Shown piece after piece: positions 35,612 through 45,905 of a stretch of 64,000 nucleotides of DNA; positions within the stretch are counted from its first letter, which is position 1; the number at the start of each line of letters is the position of its first letter. Source of the stretch: Deltaproteobacteria bacterium RBG_16_49_23 (lineage in GTDB: Bacteria; Desulfobacterota; BSN033; UBA1163); the NCBI GenBank assembly GCA_001798855.1, contig MGQQ01000144.1, positions 6,711 to 70,710 of the forward strand. The letters run 5' to 3'. A program made the position numbers and the translations under genes. The notes beneath the pieces were generated by a model. That model searched no databases and was not told where the DNA came from. It saw only the letters and a program-made list of their open reading frames with translations.

Positions 35612-36274
35612 TTAGCTGATATGTTTTGCAGAATGCTCACTCACATAAATTTCAATCCTTTCTTTCCCTTTGCCTGGGTTTTTACGTTTTAATTCAATCT
35701 CTCCAATTTCGCCTGTTCTCTTTAAGTGAGTCCCCCCGCAGGGAACCCGCGCAAATCCCAGAATTTCCCAGTATCGTTCCTCTGTTTCTTCATTACTGAA
35801 AGCACTGATGATTTCCTGGTTCGCTTCGATTATGCTAAGGGCTTCCTTTTGAATAACAGTCAGCACGTTTGAAATATTCCCGCCCCATTCAAAGTCTATC
35901 CTTGCTTTATCTTGAGCGATATGAGCCCCAATTTTTTTAATGGATTCCAAATTCCAATACGTCAATTCCAAAACAATTTCTGCGGCAAAATGCAATCGCA
36001 TCAACTGATATCGTCTTCCCCAGTCGATCTGGATGCTTACCGGATCACCCCTCTTTAACCCGTGACCCTGTTCGAGCGTATATACAATCTCCCTATTCTC
36101 CGTTCGGGCCTGGAGAACACGGCTATTTCCGATGGTTCCATGATCACTCTCCTGCCCTCCTGAGAAAGCAAAGAAGATCGTTTGCTCAACGGTAATGTCA
36201 TCGTCTTTGACACCGGTAATATAAGTTTCGAGCTGAGTTAAATATGGATCTTTCCAAAATATCTTCTTTGTCAT
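35612..36274 (-). CDS. alaX: alanyl-tRNA editing protein AlaX-like (tRNA synthetase second additional domain)
   Basis: FWKDPYL...FAFSGGQESDHG...MRLHFAAEI...VPCGGTHLKRTGEIG. 220 aa. Confidence 0.8.
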   Translation of the reverse strand: MTKKIFWKDPYLTQLETYITGVKDDDITVEQTIFFAFSGGQESDHGTIGNSRVLQARTENREIVYTLEQGHGLKRGDPVSIQIDWGRRYQLMRLHFAAEIVLELTYWNLESIKKIGAHIAQDKARIDFEWGGNISNVLTVIQKEALSIIEANQEIISAFSNEETEERYWEILGFARVPCGGTHLKRTGEIGEIELKRKNPGKGKERIEIYVSEHSAKHIS

Positions 36275-36435
36275 CGGAATAACTCCTGGATGGATCGCTC
36301 AGCGAATGGGGAGAGGTCTATTTTCAGGGAATGGAGAAAAGGTTCGACTCATATTGTTCCATGATTCTTAACAATTATGTTAAGTAATCAAGAATGATTT
36401 GTTAAGATATTTTTGAGAGAGAACCTTTGATAAAC

Positions 36436-37749
36436 TTAAATGACCGGACTCTGTTTCTCTTCCATTCCCTTCTTTTCATCAACCGTCCACAGGAGGATTC
36501 CTCCGGCGATGAAAAAGAGAAGCACCGAAAGGATGCCTGACTGGACGCTTCCGGTGATGGCGATCAGGATTCCATAGATCAGGGGCCCGAAGACAGAGGC
36601 GAATTTCCCCGAGACGGCAAAGAAGCCGAAGAACTCGGCGCTGTTCGCATCGGGAGTAAAAATTCCCTGAAGGGAACGCGAGGCGGCCTGACTTCCTCCC
36701 AGCACGATGCCTGTTAATACTCCTAATATCCAGTATTCTGTTTTAGGATCCCAGATGACTCCCAACCGGAAAGCCCAGACAACAATAAGAGACCAGATGA
36801 CCAGAGAGATCATCACTGTCCTCTTGTTTCCTATCGCATCGGCTAAAAAACCAAAAGCCAGGGAGCCCAAAAAGGCGATCCCCTGAACCATCAGGAAGAA
36901 GAGAATGATCTCCCCGGTCTCCATCTTCAAGACATTCGCACCGAAGATGGAAGCCATGATGATGACGGTCTCGATCCCTTCGTTATAGATCAAAAAGGCT
37001 GCCAGGAACTTCATTAATTCCCTGAAGGTCCTGATCCGGCCAAGGGTATGGCGGAGGCGGAGATAACCTTCCCTGAAATAACTTTTCTCTGGAGGGAGAG
37101 AGATTCTCTGTGCTCTCTCTTTCAGAAGAAAAAAGGTGGGAAGGGAGAAGACGAACCACCACAGGGAAACCGAGAGGAAACAGTCCTGAACCGAAAAAGA
37201 GCCTTCCCGAAACCCGATGACTTCGGGATATTTCAACATCACCAGGTTAATGGCCAGAAGCGCCCCTCCGCCGATGTATCCCAGGGCCCATCCAAGGCCT
37301 GAAATCCGGCCGATGTTCTGATCGTTCGAGATCTCAGGAAGAAAGGCATTGTAATAGACATTGCCGCCGGCAAAACCGATATTGGCAATGATGAAGATGA
37401 TCGCCCCGCGCCAGTAATTTCCTTCCCCGACAAAAGAGAGGAGGCCGGTGAAGAAAACGGCCATATAGCAGAAGGCCATGAGAAACTGTTTCTTCGAACC
37501 CGAGGCATCGGCCACTGCGCCTAAAAACGGAGCGAGGATGGCTGAAATCACCATGCTGAGCGAGACAGAGAAGGTGAAAAAGGAGGCGCCGTGAAGGCGG
37601 AATCCTAAGAGTTCGACGCCTCTCTCCCCTCCGGCGACCACCGTGGCAAAGTAGTGATTGAAGATGACGGCAAGAATCGTAGTGGCAAAGGCCGAATTCG
37701 CAAAATCATACATGGCCCAGCCGAAGATCTCTCGCTTTGGAACCTGCAT
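36436..37749 (-). CDS. MFS transporter, UMF1 family
   Basis: FGWAMYDFANSAFATTILAVIFNHYF is the UMF1 signature, and the protein is multi-TM. The start was moved to the Met at 37749 because the upstream 22 codons lie in a hairpin repeat. Confidence 0.8.
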   Translation of the reverse strand: MQVPKREIFGWAMYDFANSAFATTILAVIFNHYFATVVAGGERGVELLGFRLHGASFFTFSVSLSMVISAILAPFLGAVADASGSKKQFLMAFCYMAVFFTGLLSFVGEGNYWRGAIIFIIANIGFAGGNVYYNAFLPEISNDQNIGRISGLGWALGYIGGGALLAINLVMLKYPEVIGFREGSFSVQDCFLSVSLWWFVFSLPTFFLLKERAQRISLPPEKSYFREGYLRLRHTLGRIRTFRELMKFLAAFLIYNEGIETVIIMASIFGANVLKMETGEIILFFLMVQGIAFLGSLAFGFLADAIGNKRTVMISLVIWSLIVVWAFRLGVIWDPKTEYWILGVLTGIVLGGSQAASRSLQGIFTPDANSAEFFGFFAVSGKFASVFGPLIYGILIAITGSVQSGILSVLLFFIAGGILLWTVDEKKGMEEKQSPVI

Positions 37750-37767
37750 GGTATTTTTAAAGATTAA

Positions 37768-37852
37768 ATGGGGAGGTGGGGTGATGGGGAGATAGGGAGA
37801 GGAATTGATATTCAAATCACCCCATCACCCTATCTCCCTATCTCCCCATCTT
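37768..37852. repeat. GC-rich hairpin repeat (GGGGAGATAGGGAGA subtype)
   Basis: GGGGTGATGGGGAGATAGGGAGAGG-loop-TCACCCCATCACCCTATCTCCCTATCTCCCC. Confidence 0.7.
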
Positions 37853-37860
37853 TTGCGGCA

Positions 37861-38826
37861 TCAGACCGTTCGGATCTCCTGTCGCATAAAAACCAGATAA
37901 CAGATTCCGAAACAGAGAAGGGTGATCGCCACAATCGAAATAAGATGGGGAATGACGATAAAGATGCTCTCCAGAAGGGGAAGGGGGCTCTGGAAGCGAC
38001 TCATGGAAAACCTTTCCAGGGGCCCCATCAGAACCAATGTCCTCGTCGTCTTTCGCATCGGATCGAGAATGGTCGTCGTGGCTTCGCTGTAAAGCGTCAT
38101 GGGAGAGAAGAGGGAGGTCACCCTCTGGATCCGCTCATGCCGGATCAGCATTTCCGCGTCAACCCCGGAGGCAGTCTGGCTGATGGGAGCAACCGCATCA
38201 GACAAAACGCTTGCTCCAAGGCTCATGAAGAAAGAGAAGAAGATCCAGATGGCCAGGGACGCCAGGGCAGAGGTGGCTGCGCTCCGGAAGATCACGGAGA
38301 AGAGGATCGATATCCCCAGCCAGAAAGAGATGTAGAGAAGGCTGATGACGACGTAGATGATCAGACGTGACACCTCTTCCGCACCCGGCACCACTCCGAT
38401 CAACCGGATGCCGAGGCCCGAGATGAGGAGGACGGTGGCGACCAGGATGATTGCGATGATGGCCACACCGGAGAGAAATTTGGCATTGATGATCGAGTCG
38501 CGAAAGATCGGCTGGGAGACCAGTTTCGACAAAGTCCTTGAAACCCGCTCCCGGTTGATCGAATCAAAGCCTAAAAAGATGCCCAAGAGAGGGCCGAAAA
38601 AGCCGATGAACTGAACGAAGGAGAAGAGTTTCCCGGTCGAAGTAAAAAGAAGCAGAAAAATGAGCGTGGGCTTGGCCATCCCTTTCAATTCCTCCTGGAT
38701 CGCCATCCCTACCATGGATGTGATGATCACACCGACCATCACGATGAGGGCTGAAATGAGGAGAAACCGCAGGCTGTTGAAATGGTCTCCCATCTCCTTT
38801 CTGAATATCGTTAAGATCCCGTACAA
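37861..38826 (-). CDS. ABC-2 type transporter permease
   Basis: Six predicted TM segments. N-terminus ILTIFRKEMGDHFNSLRF is typical of ABC-2 permeases. Lies 1 nt downstream of the ATPase gene. Confidence 0.75.
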   Translation of the reverse strand: MYGILTIFRKEMGDHFNSLRFLLISALIVMVGVIITSMVGMAIQEELKGMAKPTLIFLLLFTSTGKLFSFVQFIGFFGPLLGIFLGFDSINRERVSRTLSKLVSQPIFRDSIINAKFLSGVAIIAIILVATVLLISGLGIRLIGVVPGAEEVSRLIIYVVISLLYISFWLGISILFSVIFRSAATSALASLAIWIFFSFFMSLGASVLSDAVAPISQTASGVDAEMLIRHERIQRVTSLFSPMTLYSEATTTILDPMRKTTRTLVLMGPLERFSMSRFQSPLPLLESIFIVIPHLISIVAITLLCFGICYLVFMRQEIRTV

Positions 38827-38827
38827 T

Positions 38828-39580
38828 TTAGGCCTCCTTAAAGTACTTCATGTAGATCTCTTCAAGCGTATAGTCTTCCTTGCCCAATCCTAACTTTTTC
38901 TTCGCCAGTTCCTCAATGGGACCGATCGCCACCAGATTCCCATTGATCATAATCCCCACCCGGTCACAGATCCTCTGAACCTGATCGAGCAGATGGGAGG
39001 AAAGAAAGAGAGTGATATTCTTTTCCCGGCTCAGGGAATGGATGAGGTCGAGCATCCGATTCGTTCCATCGGGATCGAGGCCGATCGTAGGCTCATCGAG
39101 GAAGACGAGTTTCGGCTCCTTGATCAATACCTCTGCGATCCCGAGTCGCTGTCTCATTCCTTTCGAAAAGGCGCCCACCTTTTTTGTTGACTCATCTGAA
39201 AGGCCGACCATCTCCAGCCAGTAGTCAATCCTCTTTTCCGAGACCTCACCGGAGATCCGGTTCAACTTGGCAATATACCGGAGGTTCTGCCTCGCATCCA
39301 TATCATCATAGAAACCGACATTCTCAGGCAGGTAACCCACTTTCTCCTTCACCTTAAAGGGCTCCCGGGTCGGATCGAATCCGATGACCTTCGCCTTTCC
39401 GGAGGTGGGTTCGGTGAGGCCAAGAAACATGAGGAGCGTCGTTGTCTTGCCCGCTCCATTCGGACCGAGGAATCCGAAGACCTCTCCTTCTTCAATTTTG
39501 ATATTGAGATGATCCACTGCGGTCCGTGACCCGTACTTCTTTGTCAGGTCCTCGGTTTCGACGATAATCTGTCCTTTCAC
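38828..39580 (-). CDS. ABC transporter ATP-binding protein
   Basis: Walker A GPNGAGKTT, signature FSKGMRQRL, Walker B LVFLDEPT. GTG start at 39580 with GGAGG 7 nt upstream, 1 nt after the upstream TAA. Confidence 0.9.
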   Translation of the reverse strand: MKGQIIVETEDLTKKYGSRTAVDHLNIKIEEGEVFGFLGPNGAGKTTTLLMFLGLTEPTSGKAKVIGFDPTREPFKVKEKVGYLPENVGFYDDMDARQNLRYIAKLNRISGEVSEKRIDYWLEMVGLSDESTKKVGAFSKGMRQRLGIAEVLIKEPKLVFLDEPTIGLDPDGTNRMLDLIHSLSREKNITLFLSSHLLDQVQRICDRVGIMINGNLVAIGPIEELAKKKLGLGKEDYTLEEIYMKYFKEA

Positions 39581-39581
39581 C

Positions 39582-40793
39582 TTAACGCCTCCCCAACCAA
39601 ATGAACAGACCACACAGGCCTGCGATGACAAAGATGATGATTCCGATCCCGATCCATCCCCAGGCTGTTGAAGCCCTCACCGTTGTTCTCATCTCTACGG
39701 TTTTGCTGCTCCCCTTCTCACCATCCACCAACAACCCGACGGAGTAATCTCCCACCAGAGCTTCCTTGGCTGGAGTGATGGTGACTTCCACCTGTTTCAA
39801 CGCCCCGGATTCTAATGCCTCGATCTTTTCGGGATTGAACTTCACCTCCCAGTTTTCGGGTTTAAAAGAGGAGAAACTCACATTGCGATTGACAGCCGAT
39901 CCCGTGTTCTTCACGAAGAGAGAGACAATCGCCGGCTTTCCCACCATCGTCTCCAGCGACAGGATTCCGGTGGGCGTCCCTGCATCCAGTTTATAAATGC
40001 CGGTGAGCGCCACCATCAACTTCGCCTCCGCCTTCTGCTCTCCCGAACTGATCTTTACCAGGACAGGATATTCCCCTGACTTTGTCTCTCTGGGCGGCGA
40101 CACCTCGACGGCTACTGTCTGGCTCTGTCCTCCCTTTATCCGGAGGCTCGAAATCTGTTTGGCCTCATAGGCGGGTTTGAAGTTGATCTCCCACTTCTCG
40201 GGTCCGATGGCTGCGAGGTTAAAGGCTCGATCGCTATCGCTCTTATTCAACACTTCGAGGGAAAATTCGAACCGGGCATCGGTCTGCCCTCTCAATACGG
40301 GATACGATGTGGTGATCTGGATGTCATCTGCGCCGGGGATTCTCTCCTGAGCATTCACCGTTAACTTATGGGTGGAGGTGAATTTCCCATCGGCAGTTTG
40401 AGCGTCAACCTGGAAGATATAGGTCCCAGGCCCGACGGATTTGTCCGGTTCCAGATTCAGGGCCAGATTCCTCGATTTGCCATCGGCCACATACAGCCCG
40501 GCCACAAGATAACTCCCCCCCTTCATCGTCGCCTTCCATCCCTTGGGAACCGTCGCGATTTTTACATCGATCGTCTCATCTGCCCGGCCTTTATTTTCGA
40601 GAGTCAGGTCCATCCGAACGGTCTCTCCCTTTGCGATGGACACCGTAGAAAACTCCGGGTAGACGGTAATCCCACGCTCCGGCCTCATGTCCTTCTTCTC
40701 CTCCGCAGCAAAGATGAAAACAGGAGAAAGAAGAGAGATACACATCACAACGATTAGAAAGAACAAACCCTGCTTCATTCTCATCCGACCCAT
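39582..40793 (-). CDS. NEW3-domain (COG1470-like) exported protein with a C-terminal membrane anchor
   Basis: Signal peptide, three repeats of G..v.l.l.v.N.G...........P.GW (NEW3/CARDB-like), and the C-terminal TM segment WGWIGIGIIIFVIAGLCGLFIWLGRR. Confidence 0.7.
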   Translation of the reverse strand: MGRMRMKQGLFFLIVVMCISLLSPVFIFAAEEKKDMRPERGITVYPEFSTVSIAKGETVRMDLTLENKGRADETIDVKIATVPKGWKATMKGGSYLVAGLYVADGKSRNLALNLEPDKSVGPGTYIFQVDAQTADGKFTSTHKLTVNAQERIPGADDIQITTSYPVLRGQTDARFEFSLEVLNKSDSDRAFNLAAIGPEKWEINFKPAYEAKQISSLRIKGGQSQTVAVEVSPPRETKSGEYPVLVKISSGEQKAEAKLMVALTGIYKLDAGTPTGILSLETMVGKPAIVSLFVKNTGSAVNRNVSFSSFKPENWEVKFNPEKIEALESGALKQVEVTITPAKEALVGDYSVGLLVDGEKGSSKTVEMRTTVRASTAWGWIGIGIIIFVIAGLCGLFIWLGRR

Positions 40794-40851
40794 AACCCTA
40801 CCTCCTCGGTCTATTCCTAAAGCCTCTTTTAAAAAAGATTTTGGTGGAGAT

Positions 40852-40880
40852 AATTTAACCGTCTATTGAGTGGCTGTCAA
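40852..40880 (-). promoter_or_regulatory. sigma70-like promoter of the NEW3-ABC operon
   Basis: Minus strand: TTGACA-17 nt-TAAATT, about 60 nt upstream of the start codon. Confidence 0.35.
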
Positions 40881-41064
40881 GTGGCATATCTGAGAGCGAA
40901 TTGCCTCATAAAAAATGTTACCGAGAGACTGATTAAAAAGGAGAGCCCTGAAAAACGAATACATGCTCTCTCGATTACAGAGATTTTAAAAAGATGATTC
41001 CACAGATTTTTCTTTATTTATCAATGTATTTTTAATCTGTGTAATCGGCCCCTAATCGGTGTGA

Positions 41065-42198
41065 TCAGAGATTTCTGGATTTTCCAGAAATCTCTATCTT
41101 TTCCACGGCCTTCAAACCTGTCCCCGTTAGACTCGACACGACGGTCTCCTTTGAACGGGTTCCCCGGAGGTATTTTTTGAGTCCGGCGATGGTGGCCGCA
41201 GAGGTAGGCTCGATAAAGTGACCTCTCCGGCCCATCTCCCTTAAAGCGATTCCGATCTCCTTTTCCGTAACGGTTAAAATCTCCCCACCGGTCTCCCGGA
41301 TCGCCTCCAGGACCTGTCTTCCCCTCACAGGATTTGCAATGGCAATGCCTTCTGCCAGTGTCTCCCTCTTCTCGATAGACTGAGCCTCTCTCAAACCTTT
41401 TTTGAAAGCCTGATAGAGAGGAGCGCATGAGGCGGACTGAATTCCCACCAGCTTCGGAATCCGTTTCACCCTTTTTGCCTCCTTCAACTCCTTAAACCCG
41501 ATATAGGCTCCCAGGAGAAGCGTCCCGTGTCCGATAGGAAGAACGAGTGTATCCGGAGATTTCCATCCCATCTGCTCCCAGATCTCAAAGGCAAAGGTCT
41601 TGGTCCCGTGAAGAAAATAGGGGTTCCAGCAGTGGCTGGCATAGTAATTTTTCTTAGCCGCCTCCATCGTCATCCGGGCTGTTTTTTCCCTCGAACCTTC
41701 GATCTTTTTCAAATTGGCCCCGTAAGTTTGAATCTGGACCAGCTTCCCTGAAGAGATCGATCGAGGAGCATAAATGCCACACTCGATTCCTGCTCTGGCA
41801 CAATAAGCCGCAATCGCTGATCCTGCATTGCCTGAAGAGTCTTCAACCACCTTTTTAATCCCCAGCTCCTTTGCCTTGCTGATGAGAACGGCGGCCCCCC
41901 GGTCCTTGTAAGAGCCTGTCGGAAAAAGATAATCGATCTTTAATAATGCGCTGCGGCCATTGAACTCCACTTCTTCGAGCGGGGTAAACCCTTCTCCCAT
42001 GGAGAGGATGGAGCCATCTTTTTGTATAGGGATCGCCTCCCTGTACCGCCACAGGCCCGGCCTCCTTTTCAGGATCTTTTCAGTGGAAAACTCCGGCGTG
42101 AATTCCAGATCAAGGGGGGAACCGCAGTCACATCGCCATCGGGTCGTGTTGACGGAATAGGTTCGATGACATTCTGGGCAGAAGAATTTTTCCATCAA
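41065..42198 (-). CDS. thrC: threonine synthase-like PLP enzyme with an N-terminal zinc ribbon
   Basis: CPEC...C.CG zinc ribbon, PLP-lysine motif PTGSYKDRGA, and SSGNAGSAIAAY. Confidence 0.75.
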   Translation of the reverse strand: MMEKFFCPECHRTYSVNTTRWRCDCGSPLDLEFTPEFSTEKILKRRPGLWRYREAIPIQKDGSILSMGEGFTPLEEVEFNGRSALLKIDYLFPTGSYKDRGAAVLISKAKELGIKKVVEDSSGNAGSAIAAYCARAGIECGIYAPRSISSGKLVQIQTYGANLKKIEGSREKTARMTMEAAKKNYYASHCWNPYFLHGTKTFAFEIWEQMGWKSPDTLVLPIGHGTLLLGAYIGFKELKEAKRVKRIPKLVGIQSASCAPLYQAFKKGLREAQSIEKRETLAEGIAIANPVRGRQVLEAIRETGGEILTVTEKEIGIALREMGRRGHFIEPTSAATIAGLKKYLRGTRSKETVVSSLTGTGLKAVEKIEISGKSRNL

Positions 42199-42245
42199 TC
42201 AAGATAGCATAGCAGAAAGGGCATAGAGCATAGAGCAAAAAAAAT

Positions 42246-42386
42246 GTAACAATTTAGCTGTTTGAAAAAACTTGTAAAATCCCTCCCCACCTCCCTTTGC
42301 CAAAGGGAGGAAAAAGGATTTCCCCCTTTTGACAAAGGGGGATGAAGGGGGATTAGATGTTTTTTTTCAAAGCCCTAAAGTGATAT
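42246..42386. mobile_element. MITE-like element, family C copy 2 (141 bp)
   Basis: GTAACAATTTAGCTGTTTGAAA ... TTTCAAAGCCCTAAAGTGATAT. Collinear with copy 1 at roughly 80% identity by eye. Confidence 0.8.
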
Positions 42387-42432
42387 AAAAAAATAAAAAT
42401 TGTAAAAGACTTTTTTCGCTCTGCTCCCTGCC

Positions 42433-44265
42433 CTATGCCCTTTGCGTTTTTTCTTCAACCAGAGGAAACATGACCCGAAAGGTGGTCTGGCCTTTTCCGG
42501 ATTCCATCTCCATCTTTCCCCCCATCCGTTTGACCAGGCGGGTGGTGATATGGAGTCCTCTGCCTCTCCCCTCACCCTGGAGGTATCGCTCCTTATCTTC
42601 TTCGGAAATCTGGCCGGTGTTCGAAATCTCTGCGACTGCCCACTCCTCTTTCCGATAGGAACGGATGGAGAGGCTCCCACCCTCTTCAGGAACCGCATTG
42701 GAGGCATTGTTCAGAAGATTGTCCAGGACCCTCTCGATGTGGAGAGGGTAACATCGAATCCATAACGAAGGTCCTAATTCTCCTTCGAGCAGCCGGATGT
42801 TCTCCCGTTTCAACTCGATCAGGGTCTCTTTGTTGATCAGCGCTCGCTTCCTCAGCTTCTCCGACAGGTCCACCGCCTCTTCCCTTCCCTCGCCATGAAG
42901 GGTTAAAGCTAATTCCTGAATACGGGAAGTCTCTTTCAGGATGATGTCCAGCGCCTGATCGACCTTCTCCTTCTTCCCGGGATAATCTCCATCAGCCAGA
43001 ATCCTTTGAATCCGTTTGGCAAATCCGGCTGTCGCAATGGCCGGGTTTTTAAAATCGTGCAGGATATCATCCATCTTCTCCAGCCTCAACCCTTTCATCA
43101 ACTCCTTGCCGAAGAGGGAAAATATCTCAATTTCCTCATCCGTAAATCCCGGATGCTGGGCCTGGGCATCGAAGGTTAAAAAATATTGCACTTTTCCGTT
43201 GACCTTCAGCGGAATATAGAGAACGGAGTGGATCCGCTGGGTTTCGAGAAACCGCTTGAGGTCCGGAGGAAGAAGATGGCTCTTCTGCGGGTTGAGAATG
43301 TGAACATAGGTTGGGTAGATCTTCTCGTTTTCAAAATCACCAAAAGGGCCTGTTTGATCGACAATGGTGCGGATGTAGGGTGATTCTGGCACTTCAAAAA
43401 TCTTACCGATCCCGTGCTGGATCTCGGGAAACCCCGCTTCCAGGACGACATGCCAGCGGTCTTCCATCACGGAGAAAAGGGAGCATCGCTGGACTTGAAT
43501 GATATCGGCCAGCTCGGGGATGACCAGATCGAAGACTTCCTTCATCTTGACCCCTCCCCGTTTCCCCAGTTTCAAAAAGATCTGCTCCACGATCCTGTCT
43601 TTGGTCACATTCATTTTCTGAAGATCCATGATCCGCTTACGGGCAATGACATAGCCCACCCTTTTGGCCAGCATCTCTGCAATCCTGGCCTCCAGTGGAG
43701 TAAAGACCTTTTCGTCCTCTTTAAAATAGATCTGGAGGCAGCCTTCGGTATCCACATCTTTCAGGGAGAAGCGGGGAATGGAGATTGGAACAGCCAGCAT
43801 CGAGTGAATGCCATGGTTTTGAACCTTCCCCTTGTCCCTATACTTCTCCTCCTTTAAGATGCTGGGGACGAAGTAACTTTTGCGGTTTTTGACCACATCC
43901 CCGGCAATCGTATCTTCAAAGGGAATCGCTTCCTCCCGGTTCTCACTTTCGCCCGGATAGGACCCAAAGGAAACCATCTCCTCTTTTCTGGGATTATAGA
44001 TTCGAATGCTGGCCGCTTCCGCATTGAGGAATTCCACGACGTTTCTGGCGAGGGCTTGGAGGATTTCCTTCTCCGTAAGCGAGGGATTAATGTCGAGAAT
44101 GGCGTCAGCCTGATGGATGACCTGGTCCACATAGTGGAAGAGGGCCTTCTCCTTGATTAGATTGACAACCAGGGCCACTTCTTCCTGGGAGAGGTAGCAA
44201 CCCTCCTCTTTCAATTTAGCCATGATCGATTCGATCAGTTCCTGTTCTATTGGATAAGGAGCCAT
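42433..44265 (-). CDS. GAF-domain sensor histidine kinase (cytoplasmic)
   Basis: H-box HDFKNPAIATAGFAKRI. N/G boxes NLLNNASNAV and GRGRGLHITTRLV. No TM segment and no adjacent response regulator. Confidence 0.8.
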   Translation of the reverse strand: MAPYPIEQELIESIMAKLKEEGCYLSQEEVALVVNLIKEKALFHYVDQVIHQADAILDINPSLTEKEILQALARNVVEFLNAEAASIRIYNPRKEEMVSFGSYPGESENREEAIPFEDTIAGDVVKNRKSYFVPSILKEEKYRDKGKVQNHGIHSMLAVPISIPRFSLKDVDTEGCLQIYFKEDEKVFTPLEARIAEMLAKRVGYVIARKRIMDLQKMNVTKDRIVEQIFLKLGKRGGVKMKEVFDLVIPELADIIQVQRCSLFSVMEDRWHVVLEAGFPEIQHGIGKIFEVPESPYIRTIVDQTGPFGDFENEKIYPTYVHILNPQKSHLLPPDLKRFLETQRIHSVLYIPLKVNGKVQYFLTFDAQAQHPGFTDEEIEIFSLFGKELMKGLRLEKMDDILHDFKNPAIATAGFAKRIQRILADGDYPGKKEKVDQALDIILKETSRIQELALTLHGEGREEAVDLSEKLRKRALINKETLIELKRENIRLLEGELGPSLWIRCYPLHIERVLDNLLNNASNAVPEEGGSLSIRSYRKEEWAVAEISNTGQISEEDKERYLQGEGRGRGLHITTRLVKRMGGKMEMESGKGQTTFRVMFPLVEEKTQRA

Positions 44266-44358
44266 GCTCTCACCGGCTTTTAATATACCCTCAGAAAAGA
44301 CAGCAATCCTTTATGACGGGTTCGTCACCCTCGAACCATGAAAATTTCCAAGTATTAT

Positions 44359-44478
44359 CCTCCCCCTTGATGGGGAAGGATTTAGGTGGCCGCCGGCTCA
44401 GAGAGCCTCTGGCTCGGAGAGGGGTGGATAGGATGTCTTCCCCCTCACCCCTACCCTCTCCCACCGGGGGAGAGGGAG
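44359..44478. repeat. GC-rich hairpin repeats
   Basis: CCTCCCCCTTGATGGGGAAGG...GGTGGCCGCCGGCTCAGAGA, and CCCTACCCTCTCCCACCGGGGGAGAGGGAG. Confidence 0.7.
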
Positions 44479-44556
44479 ATAATAGGGTTATTTACTAAGC
44501 AATATTATATACCTTCTGTCAGAAGTGTCAACTTGCAGAAAAAGGAGAAAAAAGGA

Positions 44557-45885
44557 TCAAGAAAAGTACGAATCCTCAAACTTCTTGATCAGGATGGCGC
44601 TGTTGACCCCACCGAAGCCCGCAGAGATGGAGAGGCCCACCCTCACCTCTTTCTTCCGGGCTTCTTTGGGGACATAGTCGAGGTCGCATTCAGGGTCTGG
44701 AAATTCATAATTGATCGTGGGATGAATCATCCCCTTTTCAATGCTTAAGAGGACGGCGATCGCTTCCACTCCTCCTGACGCTCCCATCATATGGCCTGTA
44801 ATCGATTTGGTGGAACTGATGGGAATATCGTAGGCCTTTTTCCCGAAGACATCCTTAATCATCTTCGTCTCCACCTTGTCGTTCAGGGGAGTAGAGGTCC
44901 CATGGGGATTGATGTAATCGACCTCATCCGGATGGACTCCGGCTATTTCGAGCGCATTTCTGACCGCCTTGCCAAGGGTCTTTCCATCCGGATCGGGCTC
45001 GGTGAGATGAAAGGCATCAGCCGTCATCCCGAATCCCGCTACCTCCCCATAGATTCGAGCCCCTCTTCTCCTGGCATGTTCCAGCTCCTCAAAGATCAGC
45101 GCCCCTGCTCCTTCGGCCATGACAAAACCATCTCTCTCGCAATCAAAAGGCCTGCACGCCCGTTGAGGATCATCATTCCTCGTCGACATCGCCCTGAGCA
45201 CATCGAACCCTCCGAAGACATAGGGGGTCAGACAGGCATCCGACCCTCCGGTCACCACGACATCTTCCATTCCTCCCTGAATCTGAAGAAAACTATTGGC
45301 CATGGCATGTGTGGCTGAGGCGCAGGCAGTCGAGAGCGCAAACGAAGTTCCTCTGATCGTGAAATACTGGGCTACATGGGAGGTGATGGCGCTCAGGTAG
45401 ATATTGGGAAGTGCAAAAGGAGAAATGCCTCTCGTCCCTCTCGATAAAAAACGCTCGTGATAACGTTCCAAGATATCCATGGATTCCACGCTCACTCCAA
45501 GGATCACTCCAATGCGGCAGGGATCAACCCCTTTCAGTTGGTATTCACTTTTTTGCTCATGGGGGTTTTTCGTTCCCGCATCATTTCTTTCAAACTGAAT
45601 GCCCGCATCCTCAAGAGCAATCATTGTCGCAGCAACGGCATACTGGGAGGTCTTCCCAAAATATTTCGAATGCTTCGATCTCTGCACATACTGACCCAGA
45701 TCGAATCCTTCAATGGGCGCAGCGATCCGGCACCGGTACTGACTCATGTCGCGACCTGGAAACTCGATCCGCCTGAAAGAGGATTTCCCTTGAACCAGAC
45801 TCTCCCAGTAGGCCTCTTTCCCGATTCCCACCGGGGTGACGGGTCCTATCCCTGTGACAACCACACGCTTCTTATAATTTCCCAA
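44557..45885 (-). CDS. beta-ketoacyl-ACP synthase II-like condensing enzyme
   Basis: RVVVTGIGPVTPVG, active-site STACAS, HLTEP, NPHGTSTPLND and GHMMGASG. TTG start assumed. No ACP or other fab genes nearby. Confidence 0.85.
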   Translation of the reverse strand: MGNYKKRVVVTGIGPVTPVGIGKEAYWESLVQGKSSFRRIEFPGRDMSQYRCRIAAPIEGFDLGQYVQRSKHSKYFGKTSQYAVAATMIALEDAGIQFERNDAGTKNPHEQKSEYQLKGVDPCRIGVILGVSVESMDILERYHERFLSRGTRGISPFALPNIYLSAITSHVAQYFTIRGTSFALSTACASATHAMANSFLQIQGGMEDVVVTGGSDACLTPYVFGGFDVLRAMSTRNDDPQRACRPFDCERDGFVMAEGAGALIFEELEHARRRGARIYGEVAGFGMTADAFHLTEPDPDGKTLGKAVRNALEIAGVHPDEVDYINPHGTSTPLNDKVETKMIKDVFGKKAYDIPISSTKSITGHMMGASGGVEAIAVLLSIEKGMIHPTINYEFPDPECDLDYVPKEARKKEVRVGLSISAGFGGVNSAILIKKFEDSYFS

Positions 45886-45905
45886 ATCCCTTCCCCTTCA
45901 GTGAA

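Noticed and set aside
37768-38370. 200-aa plus-strand ORF rich in G/R/D/E
   Set aside because: It is antisense to the well-supported ABC-2 permease gene and begins in a hairpin repeat. Its low-complexity composition is typical of a shadow ORF.
41021-41428. 135-aa minus-strand ORF and other ORFs overlapping the thrC-like gene
   Set aside because: They are alternative frames of a gene with unambiguous PLP-enzyme motifs, and their R/G-rich composition marks them as shadow ORFs.
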